A DNA stretch of 64,000 nucleotides, from assembly GCF_018350175.1 (NCBI RefSeq), contig NC_058368.1, positions 23,500,001 through 23,564,000 on the forward strand. Reading direction: 5' to 3'. Position 1 is the first letter of the stretch; each line of letters opens with the position of its first letter. The DNA is from Felis catus. Its lineage: Eukaryota. The position numbers and the translations under genes are program-made. The notes under the pieces are model-generated. The model saw only the letters and a program-made list of their open reading frames with translations. It was not told the origin of the DNA and did no database searches. Shown piece by piece: positions 26,015 through 38,505 of this stretch.

Positions 26015-26241
26015 TATTTTTTTTAATTTTTTTTTCAACATTTATTATTTATTTTTGGGACAGAGAGAGACAGAGCGTGAACAGGGGAGGGGCAGAGAGA
26101 GAGGGAGACACAGAATCGGAAACAGGCTCCAGGCTCTGAGCCATCAGCCCAGAGCCCGACGCGGGGCTCGAACTCACGGACCGCGAGATCGTGACCTGGC
26201 TGAAGTCGGACGCTTAACCGACTGCGCCACCCAGGCGCCCC
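26015..26241 (-). mobile_element. Young felid Can-SINE
   Basis: Near consensus with CpGs intact; TSD taaaagaaattatta. Confidence 0.97.
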
Positions 26242-27661
26242 CTAAAAGAAATTATTAAGAGTCATCTCCAGTCTGCATTCTCAGACCACAAAGCTCAAGT
26301 GGAACATACAAGGTGATAGAGATCAGGCAGGTAAGCCTCATACTGTTTAGGAAGAGAACGTACTTAAAGTCTAATGTGTTTTTTACTGTTAGAATCTTTG
26401 CTTGAGGCTGAAATAACTATCTATAAGAACAGAGAACTTCTAAAAAACGAATAGTTGCCCACCAGCTTCTCAGCCTGAATTTCCTTTCCATTACAATGCA
26501 GAAGAAATTATAACACATCAGTTTTTAACTTTATTTTTTTCAAGTTTCTAGGACTATTGATTCTTTGAAAATCTCAAATTCAGTCTTAGATTTCTATAGA
26601 GTTGGCTGGGGTTGACGCCATTAACCTAAGCTGGCTTCATTGGAAGACTTTAGATCTAGGATGCCAGAATATCAGCTTGTGGCACCTCAGAAAACTGACC
26701 TGTGCCACTTTTGACCAAATCAATTTAACAAATATTTATTGAAGAATTTCTCAGACCCAGGCTCTGAAATAAGAGCTCTGGGGTGACAGTTGGAAAAATG
26801 TCCTTCCTGTCACAGTTGTTAGACTAATTGGGAAATAGTCAAATAAAAACAAAATCAAGGAAAACTCATCTAATGACAGACTAACATATAATAAGCTATG
26901 ATATAGGCACCTAGAAAAATGCTCTGCAACAAGTGAAGCAAAAAAGAGGTGATAACTGAACATCCAGGTTCCAAGCATGCAGTCCAATATTTCAAAGGGC
27001 ATTAACCTCATACACTCAGGTCAGTATCAATTAATCATCTTAGAGGTTTTAGAGCAAAAAGTAAGTGAACAATAAAAGAATAGAAAAAGAAGTCCAAATG
27101 AAACCTAAAGTAAGCAGAAAGGAAAGGAAACAGAAGACAAAACAAGAACCACAAACCAAAAAGCCACCTGACATTTGGTTAGTGAAACCAAAGCTCATTC
27201 AATGAGAGGGTTGATACAATTTATAAGTCACTAGTCACACTGATCAGAAAATGATAAAGTATGAGAGAAGTGACATCCTGAAAAATTCTACACATATTAA
27301 AAGGATAATAAGGAACTATTGTGATGATCTTCACCCCAGTAAATCTGATGATTTGATCAAATGGTAAAAGTCCTTGAAAGACACAACAGCCGTAACTCAA
27401 AAAATAATCTGAATGCCTATGTCACTCAAAGAAATTGAATTTCTGGTTAGAATCCTGCACACACACACACACGCATGCACACATGTGTGTCAACTCCGGG
27501 CAATATAGATGGCTTCCTGAGTGAATTTCACCAAACATTTAAGAAATAAATAATAGTAATTCTACACAAACTCTTTCAGGAAATTGAAGGGAGAGGAATG
27601 CTACTCAGACTATTCTAGAGGTCAGTATTATTCTGAAAGATGATAAGAAAAGAAAACTACA

Positions 27662-27786
27662 GTGGACCTCATAGCTCAGTCAGTTAAGTGTCCAACTCTT
27701 GATTTCAGATCAGGTCATGATCTCATAGTTTATGGAGATCAAGCCCCATGTAGGGTTCTGCACTGATGGTGCAGAGCCTACTTGGG

Positions 27787-27835
<49 letters not shown>

Positions 27836-27895
27836 GCCCCTCCCCCACTCATGCTCGCACTTGCTCTCAAAATAAATAAGTAAACATAAAACAAA
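27662..27895 (+). mobile_element. Older Can-SINE with (CT)n
   Basis: 'gctcagtcagttaagtgtccaactcttgatttcag' head; TSD aaaactacag. Confidence 0.9.
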
Positions 27896-28519
27896 AAAAC
27901 TACAGACTAATGTTGCTAATGATCACAGAAGTAAAGATTCTAGACAAAATTTTAGAGAATTAAATCCAACAGTATATAAGATAGGAGAACATACCATAAC
28001 TACATGGGATAGTCTTGTTTATGTCAGTCTTGTTAAGGTAGCAATTTTCTTTAAATTGATTTGTTGATTCGATGTAATTCTAAACCAAACTTTAAGCAAA
28101 CTTTTCCCTAGAAATTGACAAGCTGATTATAAAATTTATATGGATATGTAAAGGTTCTAGAAGCACCAAAAGAACTTTGAAAAAGAATAAAGTTAGGGGC
28201 TATCACATTTCAATACTAATTATAAAGGTACAGCCATGACATTGGCCTAAAAATAGACAAATAAGATCAAAAGGAACTGTATACACAGTCTAGAAATAGA
28301 TCCACATATGTATAAGCAAGTGATTTTTCACAAAAATGCAAAGGCAATTCAGTGGAGAAAGTATTAACAAATTAGCTGAAACAAGTGGGTATTCATGTGC
28401 CAAGAAAAAAAAAAAACTTGTGTTCATGCCCTCTATCATTTATAAAATTTAATTCAATGGATTGTAGGCCTAAATGTAAGTCCTAAAATTAAAAAAAAAC
28501 AAAAACAAAAAAACTCTTT

Positions 28520-28858
28520 CCTTTTTTTTTTTTAAAGAAGGCTCCATGCCTGGGTGCCTGGGTGCCTGGGTGCCTCAGTCAGTTAAGTGTCTGACTTCAG
28601 CATAGGTCATGATCTTGCCATTCATGGGTTTGAGCCCTGCACTGGGTTCTGTGCTAAGATCTCAGAGCCTGGAGCCTGCTTCGGATTCTGTGTCTCTCTC
28701 TTTCTCTGCCCCTCCCCTGCTTGCTCTGTTTCTCTCTGTGTCTCTGTCACAAATAAATAAAAATTAAGAAAAAAAAAAGAAGTCTCCATGCCCAATGTGG
28801 GGCTTGAACGCTGACCCTGAGATTGAGAGTCACATACTCTACCAACGGACTGCCCCCC
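28520..28858 (-). mobile_element. Short old Can-SINE split by a second SINE
   Basis: T tail plus aagaaggctccatgcc resumes after 28790 as ...caatgtggggcttgaac...gagattgagagtc. Confidence 0.7.
28551..28779 (+). mobile_element. Can-SINE nested in a SINE; 5' GGGTGCCT unit triplicated
   Basis: TSD aaagaag(g/t)ctccatgcc. Confidence 0.9.
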
Positions 28859-31800
28859 AAACTACACAAACTCCTAAAAGAAGACACAGGAGAAAATTTT
28901 GTGATATTAGAATAAAGATTTCTTTGCTATGACACTAAAAGTAAAACCAATAAATCAAAACAATGATAAATTGAACTTCATCAAAATAGAAAACTTCTCT
29001 CCAAAGATATTGTTAAAAGAATAAAAATAAGAGTCGGAGAAAAACGTGAAAATCACATTTAGTAAAGGATTGGAATCTAGACTATATAAACACCTCTCAA
29101 AACTCAGTCAGAAAACAAATAAGAGAATGGACAGAAGACAACAGACTCTACCTAACTCTATAATTTGATGCTTTAGGTATTCAAAGGCTATACTGTTAGA
29201 TGAATATGTGTTTAAGGTTATTATAACTTACCTATTATTTTTAATTGGTATTACCATACCTCTTTGTTCCCCATGCCATTTTTGCCTTCCATTATAGTTT
29301 TTTCAGATATTAAAGTTCCCACTTTGTTTTTTTTTTGATAATTTACATCATAGAGACAAATATTAACCATGCCTTTATGTTCAGGGGGTCACCTGAATAA
29401 ACACTGAGAGCACCCTGCAATCCCCATAAAGAAAGGGTAGTTTTCTCAATGACAGTGATGCAAGACAGCAGCCATATTGGACCTGGGAGTAAAAATCCCT
29501 AGAAATTTCTGACATTGGAAGAACTTAAAAAGGAGTGGGAGATGGCACAGTTGGCTGGTATCTAGAAAATGAAAAAGATACAATATATACAAAATGAACA
29601 GGGTCAACAGTTGGGCTTCCAAGAACATTATGAAAACCATGAAATGTATGAAAGACAGTCTTAGAATGGGAACCATGAAAATCAAAAGCACTTCCTGTTT
29701 TAAGATATGTAAGCAGATTTTTATAAATGAAGTAGATGGTTTTAATGCGGTAGTGGACCCGGATGCTATCACCAACTGAAGGGTTTTTAGCTCACATTTT
29801 ATTTAAGGGAAAAAAGCAGTAGTTCACCAGGATCACTCAGTCCTGACAGCTCTGAAAAGCCTTGGTAGTTACATTTGGAGAAAGGACACAGAGGCTCTTG
29901 TAAGCACACATGTGTCCTGAATGAAATTTTTCCCCATAATTACTTTTGCTTTTGAAAATTGAAAAGATGTGCTTTAAACAAACAGGGCTCTTGTTCTCCA
30001 TTGAGTACTCATTTAGAATGTGACAAATATAGAACAAAACTAACCTTGAATTCAGTGCCTGCTTTGATTTCCTGGTTTCTGCCTCTTACATTCCTCCCTA
30101 GGAACTAAGAAAGAACTCAGCATACCCAGCAGATCCCTCAAATTGGCTATTTCACTTCTTAGCAAATCACCACCTTTTCTGATTTTCTTTTTGGAGCTGC
30201 TCAGGGCCGAAATGTGGATGCAAACCAAAGTAAATCAATTCATTTTGTCCTATGGGTTTTTTGTTGTTGTTGTTGTGTTTTGTTTTGATCCAGTACTTGA
30301 GTAAATTCACTTTTGAAGCAGCAACTATGAATTCTGAAAAGCAATAGATAGTCTGATTAATCTTTTTCTTGGGAAAATCTTAGTTGCAAGGTTATAGCAT
30401 CTTTTTAGAGTAGAAGTTAAGCATAACATTACTTCACAAGTAGCCTTTTTATTGTCAGATCATTTCTTGATTTTAATATCATACAAAGCATATGCTAATT
30501 AAAAAAAAACCCAACTCTACCTCCATTGCTAATAAAGCCTATACAAGAACAAATTGTATGATCAGTAGGGAAGAGTGAGCATCTGGCCCTGGGTAATAAA
30601 GAATCTGTGAAGTACGGTTTCATAGGGAGGTAGCTAGTGGCATCAGAGACTAAAAGGGTGAATATGTTTCTGCAAATGAAACAAGGGCATTATAAGCAGA
30701 GAGAAAAGAATGTTCAGAGGCAGAAGGGAGAGCTGCAAGACTTTCTGCTGTGGTCACAGTTTAAAATATTGACATTCACCTGGGTCAAGGTGGGGGCAAG
30801 ACAATGCATGATGGTGATGCCAAGTCATAGGTCTGCATCTTTGGATCCATGAATATACCAGAATATACCATTATAGAAGAGTTTGCGGATGTGTATCTCA
30901 TAATCCTACTATCTTAAGTATAGTTTCCTAGAAAAGAGAAACTGAGGCAAATAATACAAGATAATGTTTTATTAAAGAATACAATTCTAGGATTGCAACA
31001 GAGTGGAAGGAAAGTGGGGAAGGAGCAAATGCAATTACAAGGTGATGTGTTACTGTCCTGCAAGAAATCAAACTGATTGCTTTACCATGTGTAGTGTCTC
31101 TGGAGAATCCACAGAGAAGCACCTTGTCTGGGAACAATTCTTGGGGTAGAAGTGTGGGATTGAGAAAGAGTAAGGAATTCATCCATTAGCTCCTTCATCT
31201 GTTTCTTAGGGGCCAAAGTCTGGATTAGTGTTTCTGATTCGTGACTCATTTTCTTTTATAGAAATAGACATATATATCATTGCACACTCTGTGCACGAGA
31301 TTTTGCAGTCCTCCAACCACCCCAATGATGTTGTGCCTGGCCACTCTTATGTGGAGGGGCTCACTGAGTATTACCAGCTGACTGATGAGAAACATGACAG
31401 TGGAATGTCCTGGCAAGATTATCCAGAAGATGATAAGGCTGGATTACAGAATTCTGAGCTATAAATAGATTCTGAGAACATAGGAATACTACCCAGTTAA
31501 GTTGTACTAACACATCTGAAGATCATTGTGGTCAGGATTTGTGGAAGAAGTCTACCAGCCATGTCTCTGATGTGCTTGTCTGAGAGAGTAGCTGAGGCAA
31601 ATAAACCTCAGAGATGGAGGGGAAAATGCTGACAGTGGAAAGTGAACTGGGGACGAGAGGAGCTAGCTGGCAAGCTGAAGGGTAACACGGCCAAGGTGGA
31701 CCAGTAGAAATGAGCTAGACAGCCCAGGTAGCTGGTTTAAAAGAATATTTTCCCTCACAGGTAAGGCTGTCCCTCCATTGCCATGTTAGTCTGCATGGTA

Positions 31801-32019
31801 CTGAGTAAAGCCTCTTCATAGCTGTATGTAAAATCCTGAGCCAGGATTGAGCAGCTATGTAGCATATCTTAGTGGCTATGAGCACAGGCTTGGGAATCAC
31901 GCAGATCTGGGTTCAAATTCTGACTCCTTTACTGTATAACTATGGGCATTTTCTAAACTTCTATAAGCCTTTCTCAGAGATAAGGAGAAACAATTTGAAA
32001 CATGGCTTGTAGGAATTAG

Positions 32020-32440
32020 CACTGTTGGATGGGAGATCTCTACCTCCTAGGTCCACGGTAGCATTGTTAAGTCCTAACTTCTTGTTGGTTGGCTGGGGCC
32101 CTATGACATTCTGGCCAGTGAATTGTGGATGGAAGCTATGGTGTCATTTTGGGCCTGGTACATAATCCTCTAAAGACCTCTTTCCCTCTAGCATATGGTG
32201 ATCAAATGTTCAAGATGGTGGCTGCTCTGTCAATTTGCTTCCTGAATAAGAACTGGGAGCAGAATCCCAATGCTGATGTGCAGCAATTGGCTTCCTGAAT
32301 AAGTACTGGGAGCAGAATCCCACTGCTGATGTGCAGAATACCTGTAGTGTGAGCAGGTCATAAACCTGCATTTTTATAAGCCACTGAGATCTTTGATGGT
32401 GTTGACTACAGCAGCATGACCTGTCCTTTCCTGATATAGC
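32020..32440 (+). mobile_element. MLT1 (MaLR) LTR with an internal 53-bp tandem duplication
   Basis: 'ataaacc...taagccactgagat...acagcagcatgacc' MLT1 3' end. Confidence 0.7.
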
Positions 32441-32997
32441 ATGAAAGCACCTGATATAGCAGAAAGCTAGAAAGTACTCAAAAATATAGTTATTAAAATG
32501 GAATCTTATAGTTCAATTAGAAGTATCCTCCAAAGATGTTTTAATGTCTTATCATTAGTGAAAAGGAAATAGGAAGGAAAAGAGCAAAACGGACCTGAGT
32601 ATCTGTGAAATTTTGAAGTTTCTTTCTGGTAATCATTAATGTCATGATCATAATGAATAAGCATACAGGCAGATCATTATTGCACATGTAATTAGAAAAG
32701 TCTGAAAGTGTTGAGACAAGTAATTGATTTCATGAAAAGTTTATGTAGAAGCTTAAGTATAAATGCATGTGAATTTCCTCTTCTAATTTAATACCTGTGA
32801 TAATTTCTACCTTCTTATTTACTTGGACAAGAACTCCAGATAATACATTGGTTATTCATTCAAGGGCTATTATAAACATAACTGGACAGAAGATGAGAAA
32901 GCATCTCATTAGTTTTCTTTAGGTGACATTCACACTGTTACTTCAGTGGTCTCCAAATTCCAGTCATGATGTGCTGTATCAGAATCACTGGGGAATT

Positions 32998-33231
32998 GGG
33001 GCGCCCGGGGCTCAGTAGGTTGTGCATCCGACTTCGGCTCAGGTCATGATCTTGCGGTTTGTGAGTTCAAGCCCTGTGTGGTTTGTGAGTTTGAGCCCCG
33101 CGTCTAGCTCTGTGCTGATAGCTGGGAGCCTGGAGTCTGCTTCAGATTCTGTGTCTCCCTCTCTCTCTGCCCTTCACCTGCTTGTGCTCTGTCTTTCAAA
33201 AATGTATAAAAGTAAAAAAAAATTTTTTAAA
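32998..33231 (+). mobile_element. Can-SINE with a duplicated B-box region
   Basis: TSD agaatcactggggaatt; ggtttgtgagtt occurs twice. Confidence 0.92.
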
Positions 33232-34154
33232 AGAATCACTGGGGAATTAAATGGAAGAATTCTAATTTAAAACTAAATAGTTTTAAATCCACACAAAAGT
33301 TGCAAGATTAACACAGAGCTCTTGAATTCATTTTATCAGGATTTACTAATTTTTTAACATCTTCCACATTTGTTTCCTTTCTCCTGAGTCAAGGATATTC
33401 TTTTAAATTACCACTGTAGAGTTATCCAGCTGTAAGGATTTAACAGTGATGTGCTATTTTTATGTAGTAGTTTATAATGTGACTTTGTTTATGGTCCAAT
33501 TTTGTCAATTGTTTTAACAGTGCTCTTTATAGATATTCTTTCAAGAAAGGATCCAGTCCAGGGTTATGGAATGCAGTCATATTCCATGTCTTGCTAATCT
33601 CCTTCCATCTGCGATGTTTCTCTTTTTTTGTCTTTTGTTGCATTGACACTTTTGACAAATACAAGTAATTTATTTCATAGAATGATCCTTACATTGTTTG
33701 CACTTCATGTTTCCTCATAATTCGATTCAGGTTATGTATCCTTTGCCAGAATGCTATAAAAGTGATGTGTGCCTTTCTCGGGGCATCCTGTCCAGAGGTG
33801 CTTAAAACCCATCTACCTCTCCTTAATGATATTAGATTCGATCACTCAGTAAAGGTTTTGTACAATTTCTCCACCTGACAGTTACCATTTTTCCTCTTGC
33901 AAACAACAAGCAATTTATGGTTAAGTACTTTAAGATAATGCATATATTGCACCTTTCATCAAGTATTACACTTGTAGGTTTAACAATCATTGTTGATTCT
34001 GGCCCCAGAAAAACAATCTCTACATTTACCATAACATTACATTATGTTTCTGTGTGTTTATGCTCTGTCTTTATCTATCTACATTATCAGTATGGACTCA
34101 TGGATTCCTATTTTATTCAGTGGATTATAATCTAAAACTATTCTTACCTGTTTA

Positions 34155-34368
34155 ATTTTTTTTTTCAACATTTATTTATTTTTGGGAGAGAGAGAGACAG
34201 AGCATGAACGGGCGAGGGGCAGAGAGAGAGGGAGACACAGAATCGGAAACAGGCTCCAGGCTCCGAGCCATCAGCCCAGAGCCCGACGCGGGGCTCGAAC
34301 TCACGGACCGCGAGATCGTGACCTGGCTGAAGTCGGACGCTTAACCGACTGCGCCACCCAGGCGCCCC
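34155..34368 (-). mobile_element. Young felid Can-SINE
   Basis: Near consensus; perfect TSD tattcttacctgttta. Confidence 0.97.
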
Positions 34369-34467
34369 TATTCTTACCTGTTTAGATGCTCAGATTGTCC
34401 TAGGTGTGGCCAGTAGGAGCCCCTTCAAGCTGACCTAGCTGCCTTCTATGTCTTTTTGACATGTTTC

Positions 34468-34469
<2 letters not shown>

Positions 34470-34511
<42 letters not shown>
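34470..34511. repeat. (TG)n microsatellite
   Basis: Read directly. Confidence 0.95.
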
Positions 34512-34514
<3 letters not shown>

Positions 34515-34614
34515 GGCAACACCTCCTTACTTTCTAGCAAGGCAAGGTGTTCCAGGCTCATGTTGTACCTCCTCTTCCCCGGCCCTGGATTTATAGATTC
34601 CAGACAGTATTTTT

Positions 34615-34868
34615 ATTTTTATTTTTATTTTATTTATTTTTTTAATATATGAAATTTATTGTCAAATTGGTTTCCATACAACACCCAGTGCTCATCCCAA
34701 AAGGTGCCCTCCTCAATACCCATCACCCACCCTCCCCTCCCTCCCACCCCCCATCAACCCTCAGTTTGTTCTCAGTTTTTAAGAGTCTCTTATGCTTTGG
34801 CTCTCTCCCACTCTAACCTCTTTTTTTTTTTTTTTTTACTTTCCCTCCTCCATGGGTTTCTGTTAAGT
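34615..34868 (-). mobile_element. Young 5'-truncated L1_Fc-like 3' end
   Basis: Perfect TSD ttccagacagtattttta at 34598 and 34869; L1 3' UTR between them. Confidence 0.93.
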
Positions 34869-35771
34869 TTCCAGACAGTATTTTTAAAGAAAAGCTCCTA
34901 AATAGTTCTAATGTTCAGGTAGCTACATGAATAGTGTATTATTCTAGAAAGGGGGTTATAAAATACCTCATAATTGTGTTAATGATCAGATCCCCTGGCA
35001 CTAGGATGGGTTCTTGATTCCTTAAGGACTCTTTTTTACACCTTCAGACCATTACAATGATATCCAGTCGCTTTCAGGAAATGTCACCCTGTGGTCAAAC
35101 TGGTGACAAAGTGGTTCTCTCTTTCATGCTCCCCTTCTTGTCTGGTTCTAGCCTTCTTTACCTCAACATCTTTTATTCTCACCTTCAGGTGCTTAGTGCT
35201 TTCTTTCCCAGTTCCTTCTTTCAAACCATTATTTGCCAACATAAATCAGGCTTAACATATTTCAGGAACTGAGCAAATTGTTGGATATCAAGTTTTATTC
35301 ATTGAATAATCAACAAATATTTATTGGTTAGTCTGAAACTTGAGCTTGCTGGGGTAATTTTTAAAATAAGCATGAAATCAAGCTTCCTCTTTATTTTAAA
35401 TGGCCTGGGAAGCCAAGAGCAACAGAATTCAAAACTCACAATGATTTCTCTCTCCTTTGCTTTTGGTTTGAATGCTTAGGTATTCATTAGTGATGAAATC
35501 CTCTAAAACAACTGGCAGTTAATTATAATGTCTTAGCTAAAATGTTAACCGTTTGTAAAATTTGAGTATGAACTGAAGAGCCCCTGTCTCCTGGCATTCA
35601 CTTACATGTTTTTCTATTTGCTTCCTCTGCAAATACTTCATGAGTAAAGTTTTCTATGTCCTTACTGACTAGAGATAAGGAGCAGGTGTAAGAAAGAAGG
35701 ACGACAAGATGTGAATGTGGAAGGTGATACAGGCGAGGCAGGCATTAAATGCTTAAGACATACAAATATCA

Positions 35772-35995
35772 GGGGCGCCTGGGTGGCGCAGTCGGTTAAG
35801 TGTCCGACTTCAGCCAGGTCACGATCTCACGGTCCGTGAGTTCGAGCCCCGCGTCGGGCTCTGGGCTGATGGCTCAGAGCCTGGAGCCTGTTTCCGATTC
35901 TGTGTCTCCCTCTCTCTCTGCCCCTCCCCCGTTCATGCTCTGTCTCTCTCTGTCCCAAAAATAAATAAACGTTGAAAAAAAAAATTTAAAAAAAA
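35772..35995 (+). mobile_element. Young felid Can-SINE
   Basis: Near consensus; TSD aagacatacaaatatca. Confidence 0.97.
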
Positions 35996-36573
35996 GACAT
36001 ACAAATATCAAGCTAAATCCTCGTGTCCAGGGAGTAGATGGAAGAAGAATCGTAACAGGTGAAAATGAATCCTCATGGGAGTCACCATTGAAAGTAATTT
36101 TTGATATGAGAAATTAGAAGGCAGAGACAGCCTTCCTCAGAAGCTTCGTAGACATCATAGATGCCTGATGGGAAGCTAAGAGTGGGTTGCTGCCCAGATA
36201 TAAAGCTGGAGGGATCAAATAGGGGAACCTATTGCTTTATATATCCAAAGTATCTGAAAGATGTTTTCTATAAACTTAAAGCATGAAATAGACTTCTCAG
36301 AGAGTCACTCTGATTTCACACTGAGAGCCTCAAAGGGAGAAACCCCCCCAGTAAGATGTGTTCTTTGCTCTGGCCTCTCTGAGAACAATGGGTTTCTGTA
36401 ACGACTTGCCTGTTTATAGCCTGAGCAGTCCTCATAACTGGAGAAAAAAAGCATTGTTAATGCTGAAGCCTGCACAGCCACAGTTGACAAAAGGCCACAT
36501 GAGGGAAATTGCTTGTTGGCCAGGGAGTATGAAGATCTATTTGATCTTGTTTCTTCTTTAAGCCTCTTTTCAG

Positions 36574-36613
36574 GAAACAGCAGTCGAGCTTCCTGAGCTG
36601 CTGCTGGTACAAG
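36574..36613 (+). other. Candidate 40-nt exon, probably non-coding
   Basis: Acceptor ttcttctttaagcctcttttcag and donor AAG|gtaatg, in repeat-poor DNA. Confidence 0.3.
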
Positions 36614-37671
36614 GTAATGAAAGTTCCATTCACAACAGCATTGAAGGCATGGAAAGGTAGGCCCTCGAACTCCTTGTAGATCTTTCGCGGTCAATCATTT
36701 CCCTGTCATGGAAACACATGGCGCTTTTTCTCTCAGTCCTGATGCCTGCAGTCCCCCCACGATCCTCACTGCACAGCTCTGGCTCAGACAAGGCAAGAGC
36801 AAGAAAACAATTGACCAAGATGCACGTGTTGCCAGGAAGTGTGTGTGTGTGCAAGGCAAAAGGGGCATTAGGACAGGGAAACGGAGGCCTGCTCCAGAGC
36901 ACCTCTGTTGCTCTGATCTGTGGCAAAACTACAAAGCTGGTCAGAAGAGAGGAAGATGCAATAAAAAATAACAGGTGGCTAAACCAAGTCAGTTGCAGTG
37001 TGGGACAAGTTCAGCAAAGCTCCTTAGAAACAGGTCTTTCTACCTGCAGGCAGTTGGAGAACAGGGAAATGCTTTGCTCATTTGGTGACAGACACAGCTC
37101 TAGAGAAACCTGGAGGGCAAATGCAGATGGCAAGGTTGTCATTTAGCAAAGGCAGAGTTTTGAGAAGTGTAATGTCATTGCCATCACACAGTTATAGCTC
37201 TTCCTTCGTTGTAAATTAAATGAGCTCACGGCTTCTGAAAATAAACCATAAATAATTTGTAGATCAGCTTTTGATGAATAATAGCAATCCTTAGAAGAGA
37301 TGAAATATAAAAATGTGCACTTCTTAATAAAGGAGCACAGTGAAATTGCTTGCTGGTTGTTGGATGACAGCCTGTAGGATTGATGTGCTCTTAATCAGGG
37401 TGTATTGGGTGTGCCAGGCTCAGAGAGGAAGGTTTATTTTCTGTGTTTTGCTGACTTGCACAGTTCCCCTTAAGAAAAACAACAGCAACAACAAATCAGT
37501 TACTGAAAGCCCCAGCTAAGAGCCTTGGCTAAGTAATTCACTCTTCCTGTCACTTGTGTGTCCAAATGGCCTGAGCCTGGGGCTGAGTGCCCATGACTGG
37601 GCAGCATCTGGGTCCCTGGGTGAGGTGGTGCCTCCCCTCCCACCTCCATCCTCTGAGCCTTTCTCTCCCAG

Positions 37672-37724
37672 CAGGAGACCTTTGAAGTTACAGGCTGAGT
37701 CTCCTGTCAATGACCTCACCTCAG
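37672..37724 (+). other. Candidate 50/53-nt exon with a possible ATG at 37710
   Basis: Long pyrimidine tract, tandem acceptor cccag|cag|, strong donor CAG|gtaagg; ATG ACC TCA CCT CAG ends in phase 0. Confidence 0.35.
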
Positions 37725-38063
37725 GTAAGGGTACAGGGATGCCTTCTAAAGAGATTTTTAGGATTTGCAGCATTCGCTTTGAGTAGCCTCTGAACAAAAT
37801 GTCACAGGGGACTAATAGACAAAGAATCAGGTAAAGAGGCTTTATAATTATGTATTGGTTTTTATTCAGAGACCATCTGTATTTAATATTAGCATTTGAA
37901 GTATTTCCAATTGCTCTGCCCACTCACTTGGATTCAGATACCTGCTGCTCTTCAAGGGCAGCTCGCCTCTGGCTAGCTGCTGCTGCCGTCCTAGCAATAG
38001 GGTCCAGGCTTTCTCCCTAGTAGGGAGACGGAGGGGGGGTTGTCATCAAATGCTCGAGTAATG

Positions 38064-38080
38064 AGGTCAGAAGAGGTTCA
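38064..38080 (+). promoter_or_regulatory. Consensus DR5 nuclear-receptor (RAR/RXR-type) element
   Basis: AGGTCA-gaaga-GGTTCA matches RG(G/T)TCA-N5-RG(G/T)TCA. Confidence 0.4.
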
Positions 38081-38262
38081 CATCTATCAGAAGCCCTTAC
38101 TCTGTGTGCTCAGAAGAGTAGAAAAAAATATTAGAAAAGGAAGCACCTCTAAGAGAGACAGAAGTATCTGTTGAAAGCATCTCTGTTTTGGGGGTGGTTC
38201 ACTTCATGTGCACCTGTGGAGCACCACAGCATTCACTGGTCTTTCTTTTGGGGTCACTCTCT

Positions 38263-38505
38263 AGAGTAGCACTGTCCTAAAAGAAATATAATTTGACCCC
38301 CGTAGGTGATTTAAAATTGTCTAGTAGTCACATTAAAAAGGTTAAGAGAAACGGGTGAAATTACTGTAAAAATTTATTTAATCCAACACACATAAAACAT
38401 CACCAGTTCAACATGTAAATAGTATTAAAATTATCAGTGAGATATTTTACGTTCTTTTTCTTTATACGAAGTCTTTGAAATCTGGTGTATATTTTACACT
38501 TACTT
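38263..38505. mobile_element. MER33/MER3-like hAT-Charlie MITE (partial)
   Basis: 'gcactgtcc..aagaaatataat...tctagtagtcacattaaaaagg...gtctttgaaatctggtgtatattttacactt'. Confidence 0.7.

Larger units (their letters stand above)
27040..29130 (+). mobile_element. Old, internally deleted L1 ORF2 region with nested SINEs
   Basis: ORF2-like DNA (gtgaatttcaccaaacatttaagaa; gaaattgacaagctgattataaaatttatatgg; aaatgtaagtcctaaaa). Confidence 0.75.
33270..34590 (-). mobile_element. Old L1M (L1MC-like) 3' UTR
   Basis: 'ggatccagtccagg...', 'ttctccacctgacagttacc', 'tatcagtatggactcatggattcctattttattc', 'gctcagattgtcc...ggccagtaggagccccttcaagctg'. Confidence 0.7.

Noticed and set aside
26285..26330. 46-nt segment with a strong CAG|gtaagc donor
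   Set aside because: Weak acceptor abutting a young SINE; no other support
36305..37146. Overlapping 87-142 aa ORFs in unique DNA
   Set aside because: No recognisable homology, mostly non-ATG starts in the track, and they overlap on both strands; consistent with chance in more GC-rich DNA
37556..37786. Proline-rich ORF MCPNGLSLG…
   Set aside because: It starts at a non-ATG codon, and its phase-1 donor would hit a stop in the 108-nt exon
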